Assembly: GCF_018977255.1 (NCBI RefSeq)
Contig: NW_024704742.1
Span: 30,816,001-30,880,000 of the forward strand
Origin: Callorhinchus milii
Taxonomy: Eukaryota
DNA: 64,000 bases
Direction of reading: 5' to 3'
Shown one piece after another: positions 1 through 11,537 of the stretch (position 1 is its first letter; each line of letters begins with the position of its first letter). Made by a program: the position numbers and the translations under genes. Under the pieces are notes generated by a model. It ran no database searches, was not told where the DNA came from, and saw only the letters and a program-made list of their open reading frames with translations.

Positions 1-1126
1 TATTTCTCCACACAAAGGGTAATGAACAGCTGGCTCCCAGTAAGGGTGTTGAAGTCAGGACTCATTTAAGCTGCTTCGTTCTGTCGTGGAAGATAGCAGA
101 GTACAAAACGTACCAATCAATAAACATGGGATGCAAAAGATCCAAATTTATCAAATGGGTCTGTTAATAATAATTCTTGCATTTGATATAGTGCCTTATC
201 ACATCATTGAGACGAAACAAAGTGCTTCACAGCATATACTGTAAAGCGGATTGACTGTATTTTGTGGGTGAAACGTGGCAGCCATGTCTATGTTTGCTCT
301 CAATCTACGTCTTCCTAGAACAGCAGCTGGAATGTCATGCATCTGCAGCACCGATTTAGAAAATAGATGAATTGAAATTACTCCTTTCACTGACTTACCA
401 GCAGCCCAGAGCTGTGAGTCAAAGTAGCGTTATGAGTTATAAAAGATATTCCATAAAATACAGATGGTGTGAAAATCATGTTGTGAGGCAGGAAGACTGA
501 GTAAGTAAGTTACTCATTAATGCTTCAAACCCAGTATTTTAAATAGATTTTCCTGTTTTCAAATCCCATTCATCTTCCTGATGGGCTGACTCACACTGGC
601 ATCCAGTTCCGCAGGTTCTGTTTCATACCACTTCTTGAATGAAGATTCTTCATATGGGAGCACGAACAGTAGGGGGCGGGTGGGGGGAGTGGGAGTAGAC
701 CATTCGGATATGAAGGACTTGGTCCGATCCTCATCTGACATCCCATAAAGAGTACTGAACAGTGATCAAGCCCAGGCGCAGGAAGCCCGGCTGATTGTAT
801 TCCACCCTGGCCCAGGGACTGCAAAGGCCTCACTAGGCGATAATTCACCATTGCGGGTCAGTTTCACCCTAACGACAGCTCGGTCTAGATTTTCTCCTTA
901 TCAGAATCCCCTGTACTTATGGAATCAAAACAGTGAATGGTTACATCCACCTGAGCGACTGCTTGATTCAAAAGAACGGAAATTGAAAGCAAGAATGGGT
1001 TTCAATCAGGAACAAGGGTTCAAGCCTTCTCTCCCAACCGCACCCCCCACCACCACCACCACCACCACACTTCACAGAAGCCTATCGTGTGAATGTTTCA
1101 ATCACTTCCCTGACATCAGTGCACAA

Positions 1127-1386
1127 TAGGATGACCTTATTTTGTAAAACAAAATCCAGGGACACAATATATAAAAAAAATTGAACTCACCGCAATTGCT
1201 GTGGTCCAGTTCTGGGGAAGCTTGTTGGATTAATGGCTGTGTTTCTCTGTTGAGTGTGTCTGGTTAGAATGTTATTGTTCTTACTCAGTTTTGCTGCTGA
1301 ACTCGAGACAGGGCAACTTTGGCCCCAGGGACACAATACCTCATCCGGGGACTGTCTTCGGAAATCGGGGACTTATGGTCACCCTG
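1127..1386. mobile_element. Non-autonomous hAT (Blackjack-like) MITE
   Basis: Terminal inverted repeats TAGGATGACC...GGTCACCCTG, internal CCAGGGACACAATA repeats, and 8-bp flanks GTGCACAA / GCGTACAG differing only by transitions (decayed TSD). Confidence 0.65.
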
Positions 1387-2022
1387 GCGTACAGCAGAGT
1401 GGGAATTGAACTGGGCACCTTTCAGGTCTACATGGATGAATTCCATTCTAAGCAGAGACTTGATGGCTGTTTTTCTTTCTGTGGCTTTGCTGCACCCATT
1501 GATATCAAGTGAATAATTGGAGGCATGCATTCCCGTACATAAATCACTAATTTATATGAATGTCCCCTTTACCTGGATTGGAGCAGTTCAGTGCAGAGAC
1601 GTTCTGCATTCTAGCTTTACTTTGTCAAGACATCATATCTCTACTTTTCACCCCATCCCACAGAGAACGTTGAAGTAAAATGGAGCTGACAGCGTGCTAT
1701 TTAGGTTTTCATTAAGGTCAGTCCACTTCCAACCGCTCTTTTCCTCGAGACTTCCTGCTTTCACAACTTCAGGAACCATCTGTCTCTCTGTCGGTCACAG
1801 CAGGATTGCCTGGTCACATTTATTCATAGTCTTCAGTCAGCCGCTAAACCATGCACCAAGCTGTTCCAGGTGACTTCCAGATTTCTTTATTCGCGCCCCC
1901 AACCCCCCCACTCCAACTCACTCCAGCCTCATTCAATATGCCATCAGTTACAACCAAGCAGACAAATTCATAACCTTTCACCTCCAGCAGTCACTGTTAC
2001 CATTTTCAATTCTGACTATCTT

Positions 2023-2437
2023 AATAATAATCCTTGTATTTGATATATTGCCTCATCACGTTGTTGAGATTTCTCAAAGCGCTTCACAGGATATACTGTA
2101 AAATGGATTGATTGTATTTTTGTGGGTAAAACACGGCAGCCACTTTTGTACATAGCAGTTTGTGGAAGTGTCCCACCAACAGCCATGAAGTGAGTGACCA
2201 ATTTTATTTGGGGGATTGTTGGCCAGGACACCAGGAGAAACTCCCTTCTCTTTTTGCCCTAGTGCCCTAGTGTGTTTAACATCCAGGCGGATAGGACCTC
2301 GGTTTAACGTCTCATCCAAAGGACGGCACCTCCGACAATACAACACACCCCATCACTGCATTGGAGTGTCAGCTTAGCCAGGTCCCGGCGTGAGGCTTGA
2401 ACCCACAACCTTCTGACTCAGGTGAGTGTGCTATCAA
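2023..2437 (-). mobile_element. SacSINE1-like DeuSINE (family C)
   Basis: Head ...TGAGTCAGAAGGTTGTGGGTTCAAG, Deu domain (GGATGAGACGTTAAACCGAGG, GAGAAGGGAGTTTCTCCTGGTGTCCTGGCCAAC) and the shared tail. Confidence 0.85.
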
Positions 2438-3189
2438 TAAGAAATAGGGAATCTCCTGGATATTTCATAAGGATTTGCAGTGAAATTTATTGGATTAAGT
2501 TTCATCATAATTAACTGGGTATAGGTGGAACAGGGATGAATGCATAATTTTCTGTATTCCTGTTTCTTGCCCCTTTCCATATTTGTGCCTTTGTATGTTT
2601 ATAATGCAGCTGAAAGATGGAGAATTCCTATCTCTCAGATTTACTTTGTTCCGCTTTTCCTTTGTTTTAAATCAATGGGGTTTGGCGATGTAACTCTACA
2701 GTGCTGTAGAGATCATCTGCACACGGTTAAGTGGACTCTGAAGCTCTTAGGACAAAATATTTTTGCCACGATTTGCAGCAACCTCAATGAAATTGTAGTG
2801 CAAGCGAGAGACCTGGATTCTACTCCTGGCAGGAACCTTGTTGTTAGTCAATTGGCGGATCGCTTTTCCGGGGATAATAATCCTTAAAAAAATTGTAGTC
2901 ACTCAATCGACGACTGTTTGTGGGACAATGCTGTGCACAATTGGCTGCCGCGTTTCGCCACAAATATACAGTCAATTCACTTTACAGTATATTCTGTGAA
3001 GCACTTTGAGACGTCTCGAAGACGAGAAAAGCGCTATATCAAATGTAAGGATTAGTATCATTATTACTATTATTATTACTGTGCTGACACACAATCAGCA
3101 GTTGCAGTTTCAGTGTGTGTCTTTAGGAATATTCACAAGTGCAATACACATTGAAAGAGACGCTCTCATTGTAGAACAGTGACAAAATT

Positions 3190-3510
3190 GTCCTGTAGCT
3201 CAGTGGTTAGAGCACTCGCTTTGCAAGCGAGAGACCTGAGTTCAATTCCAAGCAGGGCGAAACCTTGGGCAAGTTTCCTTACTCCACATAATGCTCCTAA
3301 TAATAATCCCTCCAAAAAAGCAAAACAATAATAAATTGGTCATTTTCAATCTACGACTGTTTTTGGGACATTGCTGTGCGCAATTGGCTGCTGCGTTCGC
3401 CCACAAATATACAGTCAATTCACTTTACAGTGTGTTCTGTGAAGCGCTTTGGGACGTTCTCCCAACGTGAAAAGCGCTATATCAAATGCAAGGATTATTA
3501 TTATTATTAT
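3190..3510 (+). mobile_element. Young tRNA-Ala(TGC)-headed SINE, full length (family A)
   Basis: A box TAGCTCAGTGG, anticodon arm CTCGC-TTTGCAA-GCGAG, B box GTTCAATTCC, Deu-like 3' body, L2-like stem-loop, (TAT)n tail. Confidence 0.93.
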
Positions 3511-3529
3511 TTTCTGCAGGGGGAGAAAA

Positions 3530-3946
3530 CCCATTGAAGGTTTACGTGTAAGGAGAGAGTGGAGGACTGGGGCTGTTTTCCTTTGAACAGAAAGGAGAAC
3601 TGATAGGAAGTTTTGAAAATTATAAGCGGTTTTGATAAAATGAGCAGGGAGAAATTATTTCCACTGATCTGTGAGTTGCTAACTAGAAGGCATAGATTTA
3701 AGGTAAATCATCCTAAGAACAAAGAGCGAGGGGTTAGGACACATTGTTTTACACAGAGTGTTGTTAAGATGGGAATGCCCTAACCAGAACAATGACTGAG
3801 GCAGAATCCGTATTAATGTTTAAGAGGGAACTAGAAAAATATCTGAAATGGAGAAATATAAAAGGATAAGGAGATAGCGAGAAGAATAGGAGTAAATGGA
3901 GAGCTCTTTCAGAGAACTAGCACAGTCACCATGGGGCAAATGGCCT
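3530..3946 (+). mobile_element. CR1-clade LINE 3' fragment
   Basis: GGACTGGGGCTGTTTTCCTTTGAACAG..., ACTAGAAGGCATAGATTTAAGGT, TTTTACACAGAGTGTTGTT and ATGGGGCAAATGGCCT, typical of the CR1 ORF2 end and 3' UTR. Confidence 0.75.
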
Positions 3947-4144
3947 CAACAACAACAACAACAAAATTACATTTATAGAGCGCCTTTCATGTCGGGAGGA
4001 CGTCCCAAAGCGCTGAACAGTCAGGCGTCGGGGCCCGAGCATGGGGGAGGGGTGGTGTAGGGGTGAGGGAAGGCAGAGAGGTGGGAGGGAGACCAAAGGC
4101 ATGCTCTCCTTTTGTACTTAAATTTCCTTGGTTCTATGATAAAT

Positions 4145-4511
4145 GGAGTACTGTAGCTCAGTGGTTAGAGCACTCACCTCGCAAATGAGAGCCCTGGTTT
4201 GATTCCCAGAAGGGCGAAACATTGGGCAACTTTCCTTACTCCACTTCCTCTGTTTATCTAGCAGGAAGTAGGAACCCAGTTGTTAGTCGTTTCACGGATT
4301 GCTTTTCGGCTGATAATATTCTCCCCCCACACCCCCAAATAATAATTTGGTCACTCAATCCACGACTGTTTGTGGGACCCAGCTGTGCACTTTGTTTTGC
4401 CCACAAGGTGTGCAATCAATTTACTTTACAGTGTATTCTGCGAAGCGCTTTGAGACGTCTCGAAGGCGTGTTAAGGCGCTATATCAAATGCCAGGATTAT
4501 TATTATTATTA
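4145..4511 (+). mobile_element. Longer, older relative of family A (family B), with an extra central segment
   Basis: Same tRNA head and tail plus CTCTGTTTATCTAGCAGGAAGTAGGAACCCAGTTGTTAGTC...; related copies at 2797-3080(+), 5761-6052(-), 46418-46791(+) and 49987-50311(+). Confidence 0.85.
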
Positions 4512-4934
4512 TAAATCCCTCTTATGAGGCAGTCCAGGAACCACTATGGGCTATTACAGGGATAACCAACATTGTCTGCTTGGTGGCTGACTCAGCTATT
4601 GTGCGCTGACCAGAGCTGAAACTGCCTGGCCAGCGCATTTCTCTCTCTCAATCCGTTGTTATTTGGCAAAATATCATTCAAGCAACTCAGGACCCAAACA
4701 GCTCCACTTCTATTCAGCCATGTTTCTTTTGTTCACTTTGTGTGGTGGAGATCTGACAAGCGTCCTTTGTTTTGGGGTTTAGAAATGTGATCCGTTTCAA
4801 CCATGCCTCTTTTAGAGTTCAACACAGCAGCAGTGAGTCGCCATTGTGACACAGAGACACACATAAACATGGATTTTTTTTGGGTTAACCAGGTATCTGA
4901 CACATGTGGAAATCCATCACCGGGCTTAAGAGTA

Positions 4935-5255
4935 TAATAATAATAATAATCCTTGCATTTGATATAGCGCTTTTCACGTCGGGAGGACGTCCCAAAGCGC
5001 TTCACAGAACACACTGTAAAGTGAATTGACTGTATATTTGTGGGCGAACGCGGCAGCCAATTGCGCACAGCAATGTCCCACAAACAGTCGTAGATTGAAA
5101 ATGACCCATTTTATTATTGTTTTTGGTTTTGGAGGGATTATTATTAGGCTCTGTGTGGAGTAAGGAAACTTGCCCAAGGTTTCGCCCTGTCTGGAATTGA
5201 ACTCAGGTCTCTTGCTTGCAACGCGAGTGCTCTAACCACTGAGCTACAGGACTCC
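4935..5255 (-). mobile_element. Family A SINE, full length, inserted into the A-tailed element
   Basis: Reverse complement of family A; the host element is split around AGTAT. Confidence 0.93.
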
Positions 5256-6255
5256 ACTCCAGTATCCAAACCAAGCTGAGAATTCATGCATCCCACCTCC
5301 ACATGGAAATCCCAGAGATAGATTGTTGGAATGGAATGCGCACTCTCCCCCTGGAGGGACACATCCTGCTCACCTAAATCCACAAAGTTAGGCCTTCTGT
5401 GTAAAAAACACATCTTGGAGCAAACATAGGCTGAACGCCTGCTCTGCTCCGTCACTGATTGGTCCCACTGAGCGGGGAGGGAACGTATGGTGCTGTGTCC
5501 CCCGAGGGAGATGTCAATTTGGAGGAAGCAGCATATCTGGGCTGTACCCAGCGCCTCCAGGCAACTGGCTACAAGAGGGCATATTTGGCAGTCTGGGAAA
5601 GAGGGGTAATGCCTGCTCTTGGCAGCAGTAACACAGCTCCATATTCTCAATGGCTTCACAGTCTGCACCACTCTTACTGATGCCTGTACATTTCCGTCCT
5701 GTGGAACCGCACTAGAGTTAAAACGTGACCTGCAAACCTTGGACCTAATGCATCCACAATAAAGTGAATTGACTGTATATTTTGTGGGCAAAACGCAGCA
5801 GCCAATTGCGCACAGCAGTGTCCCACAAACAGTCATGGATTGAGTGACCAAATTATTATTATTTTTTTGGAGAGATCATTATCCCAGAAAAGCAATCCGG
5901 TAATTGAGTAACAACCGGGTTGCTTCTTACTGCTAGGAAAACAGAGGCATGTGGAGTAAGGATACTTTTCTAATGTTTTGCCTTACTGGGTATCGAACCC
6001 AGGTCCTCTTGCTTGCGAGGGGAATGCTCTAACCAATGCGCTACAAGGCTCCATGACATATTGTAAAGTGGATTGACTGTGTATTTGTGGGTGAAACATA
6101 GCAGCCAGTTTCACACAGTAGTGTCCCACAAACCGTTGTGGATTGAGTGACCTAATTATTACTATTTTCTTTGGATTTTCACTTAATGATGAGTCAGTAA
6201 CAAGGTATGGTAGGAAAAGTTTATGGTTTATTCAGAGTAGTATTAAAATTAGGAG

Positions 6256-9200
6256 TACAACAACAACAACTTGGATTTATATAGTGCCCTCCACGCCGGA
6301 CGGCGTCTCAGAGCGCTTCACAGTAACGGATCCTGGCGCCGAGCCAGGGGGAAGGGGAGGAAGGTGACCAAAGGCACGGTCGAAGAGAAAGGTCTTCAGC
6401 AGAGATCTGAAAATAGGAAGAGAGGGAGCGAGGCAAGGGGAGTGAAGAAGAGAGTTACAGAGCCTCGGGGCATAGTGGCTGAAGGCACGGCCACCGAGGG
6501 TGGAGTGGAGGACGAGGAGGAGGCCAGACCCGGAGGAACGAAGGCAACGGGTACTGTTTTGAGGAGAGATGAGGTCAGAGAGGTAGGGGGGTGCAGAGGA
6601 GAGGAGGGGTTTAAATACAAGGGTTAGGATCTTGAAGTCGATCCTCTCTGGGACAGGCAGCCAGTGCAGTCTGGCAAGGACTGGGGTGATCGGGGAGCGG
6701 AGTTTGGTACGGGTGAGAATGTGGGCGGCAGAGTTTTGAATGATCTGTATTTTATGGATGGTAGTGGATGGGAGACCGGCGAGGAGGGCATTAGAATAGT
6801 CCTGCCGAGAGGTGACAAAAGGCATGGACCAGGGTTTCAGCGGCTTTTGGAGAGAGGTATTGGCGGAAGCGGGCGATGCGTCGGAGGTGGAAGAAGGCGG
6901 TGCTGGTGAGGGACCGGATGTGGGGGAGGAAGGATAATGGGGGTCGAATCTGACCCCAAGGTTGCGTATGGGTTCGGAGAGTTTTAGGGGGAGGTTGGGT
7001 AGGTGGAGGAGGTGAGAGCCGTGAGATTTTAGATGTTGACGAGAGCTAAAGTATATGGCTGCCATCTTGTCAACGTTCAGCTGAAGGAAATTTGTGCTCA
7101 TCCAGCCCCTGAGATCTGACAGCCAGGCTGACAGAACATCAGAGGACAAGGGGGCGCAAAGAGAGGTGGAAAAATAGAGTTGGGTGTCGTCCGTGTACAT
7201 GTGGAAATGTACCCCATGTCTGCGGATGACATCCCCAAGAGGGAGCATGTAGATCAGAAAGAGGAGGGGGCCAAAGATGGATCCTTGGGGTACCCCACAG
7301 GTGATCGGGTGAGTGCGGGAGGAGAAGCCATTTGTGCAGATGTACTGCTGGCGGTTACTGAGGTAGGACTCGAACCAGGCGAGTGTGGTCCCACTGAGGT
7401 GGATGATGGAGGAAAGGCGGTGGAAGAGGATGGCGTGATCGACTGTGTCGAACGTGGTGGAGAGGTCCAGGAGGACAAGGAAGCCCTGGTCACAGATAGA
7501 GAGGATGTCGTTTGTGACTTTCACAAGCGCAGTCTCTGTGCTGTGGGCAGGGCGGAAACTGGACTGGAGGGGTTCGAAGAGGGAGTGGGATGAGAGATGT
7601 GCGCGAAGTTGATTGGCAACAACGCGTTCTAAAACTTTTGCGAGGAAGGGCAGGTTAGAAATGGGGCGGTAGTGGCTGGGGTTTGAGGGATCTAGGGAAG
7701 GTTTTTTCAGGAGGGGTGATGACAGCAGTTTTGAGAGGGCAGGGACTGATCCGGAGGAGAGGGATTGGTTGATGATGTCAGCCAGTAGTGGGCAGAGGAG
7801 GGGTAGCTGGGTGACCAGTAAATTGGTGGGGAGGGGTCGAGGCAGCAGGTGGTGGGTTTCATGGAGGTGATGGTGGGTGAGAGGGAGGAGGGAGAGATGG
7901 GGAGGAAGGAATATAGGATGGGGGTGGTGGTAGGAGCAGATGATGGGGAGGGTGAGGGGGACAGAGAGGGGGTGGTGGTGGGTGACAAGAGGCAGGTGGA
8001 TTTTAGATGTTGTGAATTTTAGATGAAAAGAAGTCCATGACCTCCTCGCACTTGGCATTTGATATGAAGATTGAGGAGGCCTGAGGGGGGTTACGATGGA
8101 GGTAGTGGGTGGTGGAAAAAAGAATTTTAGAGTTGTGTTTAGCCTCCAAGATGATGTTGGAGTAGAAGGCCGTTTTTGCACGTGTCAAGGAACGGCGGGT
8201 AGCTGTGGAGATGCTCGAGCCACAGTTGGCGGTGAACTATCAGGCCAGTTTTCCGCCATCTGCGCTCGAGCAGCCGGGTTTGGGTTTTAGGCGGCAGAGA
8301 TGGTTGTTGTACCAGGGGAATCGGGTGGGTTTGGAGATGGTCCTGGATTTCAGGGGGACGAGGGAGTTGAAGGTGGAAGAGAGGCGATCATGGAGCAGCT
8401 GGACGGCTGCTTCAGGATCTCCGTGGGTGGAAGGCCAGAGGGATACGATGTTTGATGAAGTGAGGGCCTTTGTGAGGGTCTCGGGGTGGGGGGGGGGTAG
8501 CTTTTTCCAAGGGCGATAGAGGATGGTTGAGGGCTTGTTGGAGGAGAGAGGGATGTGGGAGGAGAAGGAGATGCGGAAGTGGTCCGAGATGGCCTTGTCC
8601 ACTATGCTGAGGTCGGAAATGTCAAGGCCGTGGGTGATAACGAGGTCAAGGGCATGACCACGGTTGTGGGTGGGTGAGTTTATATGAAGGGTGAGGTTTA
8701 GGGAGGAGAGGAGGGCAGTGAAGTTGGCAGAAGTGGTGCAGGGGGAGTTTAGGTGGAGGTTGACATTGCCCATTATGAGCAGGCGCTCGGAGCAGAGGGA
8801 CAGGGAAGAGAGAAAAGTAGAGATGTTTGTGTGGAAGGAGCCGGGGGGCTTAGGGGGGACGGTAGACAAGGAGGATTTTCAATGGGAGAGAGGAGTGGAA
8901 GAGGATGAGGTGCTCGAAGGAGGGGAAGCAGCCAGAGGAGTAGGGGGTAAGACCAAGGGAGGCTTTGGAAATGAAGGCCACCCCGCCGCCACGTTGGTTT
9001 GGATGGGAGGGTGTGGTGGAAGGTGTAGCCTGGAGAGAAGGCTTCCACTGGGGGGACGGGATCATTGTGGGAGAGCCAGGTTTCGGTGAGCCCAAGAATG
9101 TCAAAGTGCTCGTTCAGGATGAGGTCGTGGATGGTGAGGGCTTTATTTGAGAGGAAACGGACATTTTGGAGGGAAATATGGGTGGGTTTGCAGGAGGGAG

Positions 9201-9722
9201 AGGAGGGAGGAAAGGAAGGAGAGAGTGATGTGGAGAGGATTTTGGGGTGTACAGGAGAGATGGTTGTGGAGAGTGGTGCGAGTGGAGAGTTGGGGAGGGT
9301 ACGTATGAGAGAGGAGGAAGTTGGGTTTGTCTTCAGAAGGCGGTTTGAGCGGAGGGAGTGAATGATTGGACATGTGGGATTGCTGCTCTGGGACAGCCAG
9401 TGCCGGGAGGCACGATGGGCCCGGCGGAGCATGCCCAGGCTGGAGCAGAGAGAAGTGGTGATGGGGTTGAGGAGAGAAAGAAGGCGGGGAGGGCGGTGGG
9501 AGAGAAGGACAGAGCGGAGTAGCGGAGAGAGGGGGGTGGAAGGAGAGACATTTGGAGTGGGAGTGGAAGGGGAGGCTCGGGTCGGGGCGGCAGCCAAAAC
9601 ACGCACGCAGAGACTGGGAGCGAGCGATCAGCGGGACGGCATCAGCCCTCAGGCTCAGCCTCCCAGGTCATGGCTGGGATGGCAGTGGCAGCGGCTGCTA
9701 GGCCGTTGTTGTTGTTGTTGTA
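6256..9722 (-). mobile_element. Near-full-length L2-clade LINE with frameshifted ORF (APE endonuclease + reverse transcriptase)
   Basis: Minus-strand ORFs carry APE motifs (LQNVRFLSNK...ILGLTETWL, LLVYRPP, LIMGNVNLH, HALDLVIT, ISDHF) and RT motifs (YRPISNLPFLAKVLER, GVPQGSIFGPLLF, YTDDTQLY), then the L2 C-terminus (LHWLPVPERIDFKIL) and a 3' stem-loop plus (GTT)n tail at about 6256-6320. Confidence 0.95.
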
Positions 9723-9834
9723 GCTTGTTATAAATGTTTGTTGAAGCCAAGGATTTAACAGCATTTTAAAGGGAATTGGATGAATAACTGTGGGAATGTA
9801 GAAGAGCAGAGGAATAGGTTAGAACAGTCGAGAT

Positions 9835-10940
9835 TCTACCTCTCAAACCGTCTCTACTTCATCTCCGCAAACATTTCTCCTCTAGCCCCCGCACCGTCCC
9901 GTGTGGCGTTCCTCAGGGCTCTGTCCTTGGTTCCCTCCTCTTCAATATCTATATGCTCCCTCTTGGTGACATCATCCGCTGATATGGGGTCAACTTCCAC
10001 ATGTAGATGACACCCAACTCTATCCCTCTGCCTCCACCCTCAACTTCAGGATCACTGCTGTCCTGACAGAATGTCTGTCAGACATCAAGTCCTGGGTGAG
10101 AGCTAACTTTCTTCAGTTGAACGTCAACAAGACTGAGGCTCTCCTGATTGACTCTCGTCAGCACCTCTCAGACTCAACCTTGCTAAGTTAGTCCGGAACC
10201 TCGGGGTCTTGTTCGACCCTCAACTATCTTTTCTACCCCACATTTGAGCTATGATCCACTCTGCCTTACACCACCTCCGCATCGTCGCCCGGCTCCAACA
10301 CTGTCTCACACCGCAGGCTGCCGAAACCCTCATCCATGCTTTCATTACATCGAGGCATGACTATGCAAACTCACTGCTTGTCAGCCTCCCCAACTCCTCC
10401 CTCCACAGGCTGCAGATCATCCAGAACTCTGCAGCCCGTGTCCTCTCCCACACCAGGCTCCGTGATGCTATCACCCCCATCCTTGCCCAACTCCACTGGC
10501 TTCCCTTCGCACAGAGGATATAGTAGAAGATTCTGGTCCTCACCTTCAAAGCCCTCCATGGTCTTGCTCCCACCTACCTCTCCGACCTCCTAAACCCCTA
10601 CCATCCTGTTCGCTCCCTCCACTCAGCGGGCTCCGGCCTGCTTCAGGCCCCCGCCTTGCTCGCCCCACTATCGCCGGGCAGGCATTCTGCTCCACCCTCT
10701 GGAACTCCATCCCGCAGTCCCTCTGTCTCGCCCCTTCCCTCGCCACCTTCAAGACCCACCTTAAGACCCTCCTCTTCAACCTTGCTTTCGATCTCCCTGC
10801 TTCCCCCCATGCCCTCCCCCCATGCCCTCCCCCACCCCGACCCTCAGCTCGGGTCCGAAACTCTGTCTGTCCAACACCTTGAGACGTCGTCCCGACGTGA
10901 AAGGCGCTATACAGATGTAATTTTGTTGTTGTTGTTGTTG
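9835..10940 (+). mobile_element. 5'-truncated L2 LINE (RT C-terminal half, 3' UTR, (TTG)n tail)
   Basis: AAETLIHAFITSRHDYANSLL...LHWLP in ORF 10251-10523; tail GAGACGTCGTCCCGACGTGAAAGGCGCTAT...TTGTTGTTG. Confidence 0.93.
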
Positions 10941-11491
10941 AGCTCCAATGGGGGAAATTACCCAGCAGGATACTCGCAATGGGCCAAATGTGCTTTAAAC
11001 ATGTTATTTTCTGTGACTCTATGTTATTAGGACAGGATTAAAATCTGATTTTATAAACAATGTAAATCTAGTTTCACATCCAAACGATTCAGTCAGAGAG
11101 AGAGATTTGGGCTGGTAACAGCCCGATGGCCAAAACAAACATTGTGATGGATCCAGAATTCTGCTCAAAAAACAAGGTAAACTGACAGAGTGTTTTGTTG
11201 AGAGGACTGGAAGGAATGTTTACCTGATCTGAATGCCAGAAGGATTTGAAATCATCCCAGATTTGCACATTCAACCGATTTGTTATAATGTTCTATAACA
11301 AACAGAAACCGGAAGGAACAGGAGGCGAGAACAGTGGGGGAAGGTGTGATGAAACGTTGTCACCTTTATGGGTACAAGGAAGCTGGTGGAATTCATTTTA
11401 TCTTTCGTTGGGTTTTCCTGTGCATTTGCACAGTGTGTTCTTTCTGTTCCTATTTACAAGGTCAATAATATTGATTGCTGGATTTGGGAGC

Positions 11492-11537
11492 CTGGGGCGT
11501 GGGGGTTGGGGGCGTGAGGGTTGGGGGCGTGGTGGGT
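11492..11537 (+). repeat. 15-bp G-rich tandem repeat (about 3 units)
   Basis: GGGGCGTGGGGGTTG / GGGGCGTGAGGGTTG / GGGGCGTGGTGGG. Confidence 0.8.

Noticed and set aside
559..851. Minus-strand ORFs with a GTGAGT donor at about 594
   Set aside because: The region matches the ancient family D SINE seen at 32765-33300.
399..1259. Two phase-compatible minus-strand exon candidates (1259-1191 and 496-399) with good donors
   Set aside because: Weak acceptors, no recognisable peptide, and the first lies inside the hAT MITE; needs RNA evidence.
3190..3262. tRNA-Ala gene (also at 19463, 53185 and others)
   Set aside because: Each continues into a SINE body and (TAT)n tail, and one has a clear TSD; these are SINE heads.
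6277..8181. 634-aa ORF as an active RT or host gene
   Set aside because: Part of a decayed L2: frameshift-scrambled segments, separated from the APE frames, and YADD changed to YTDD.
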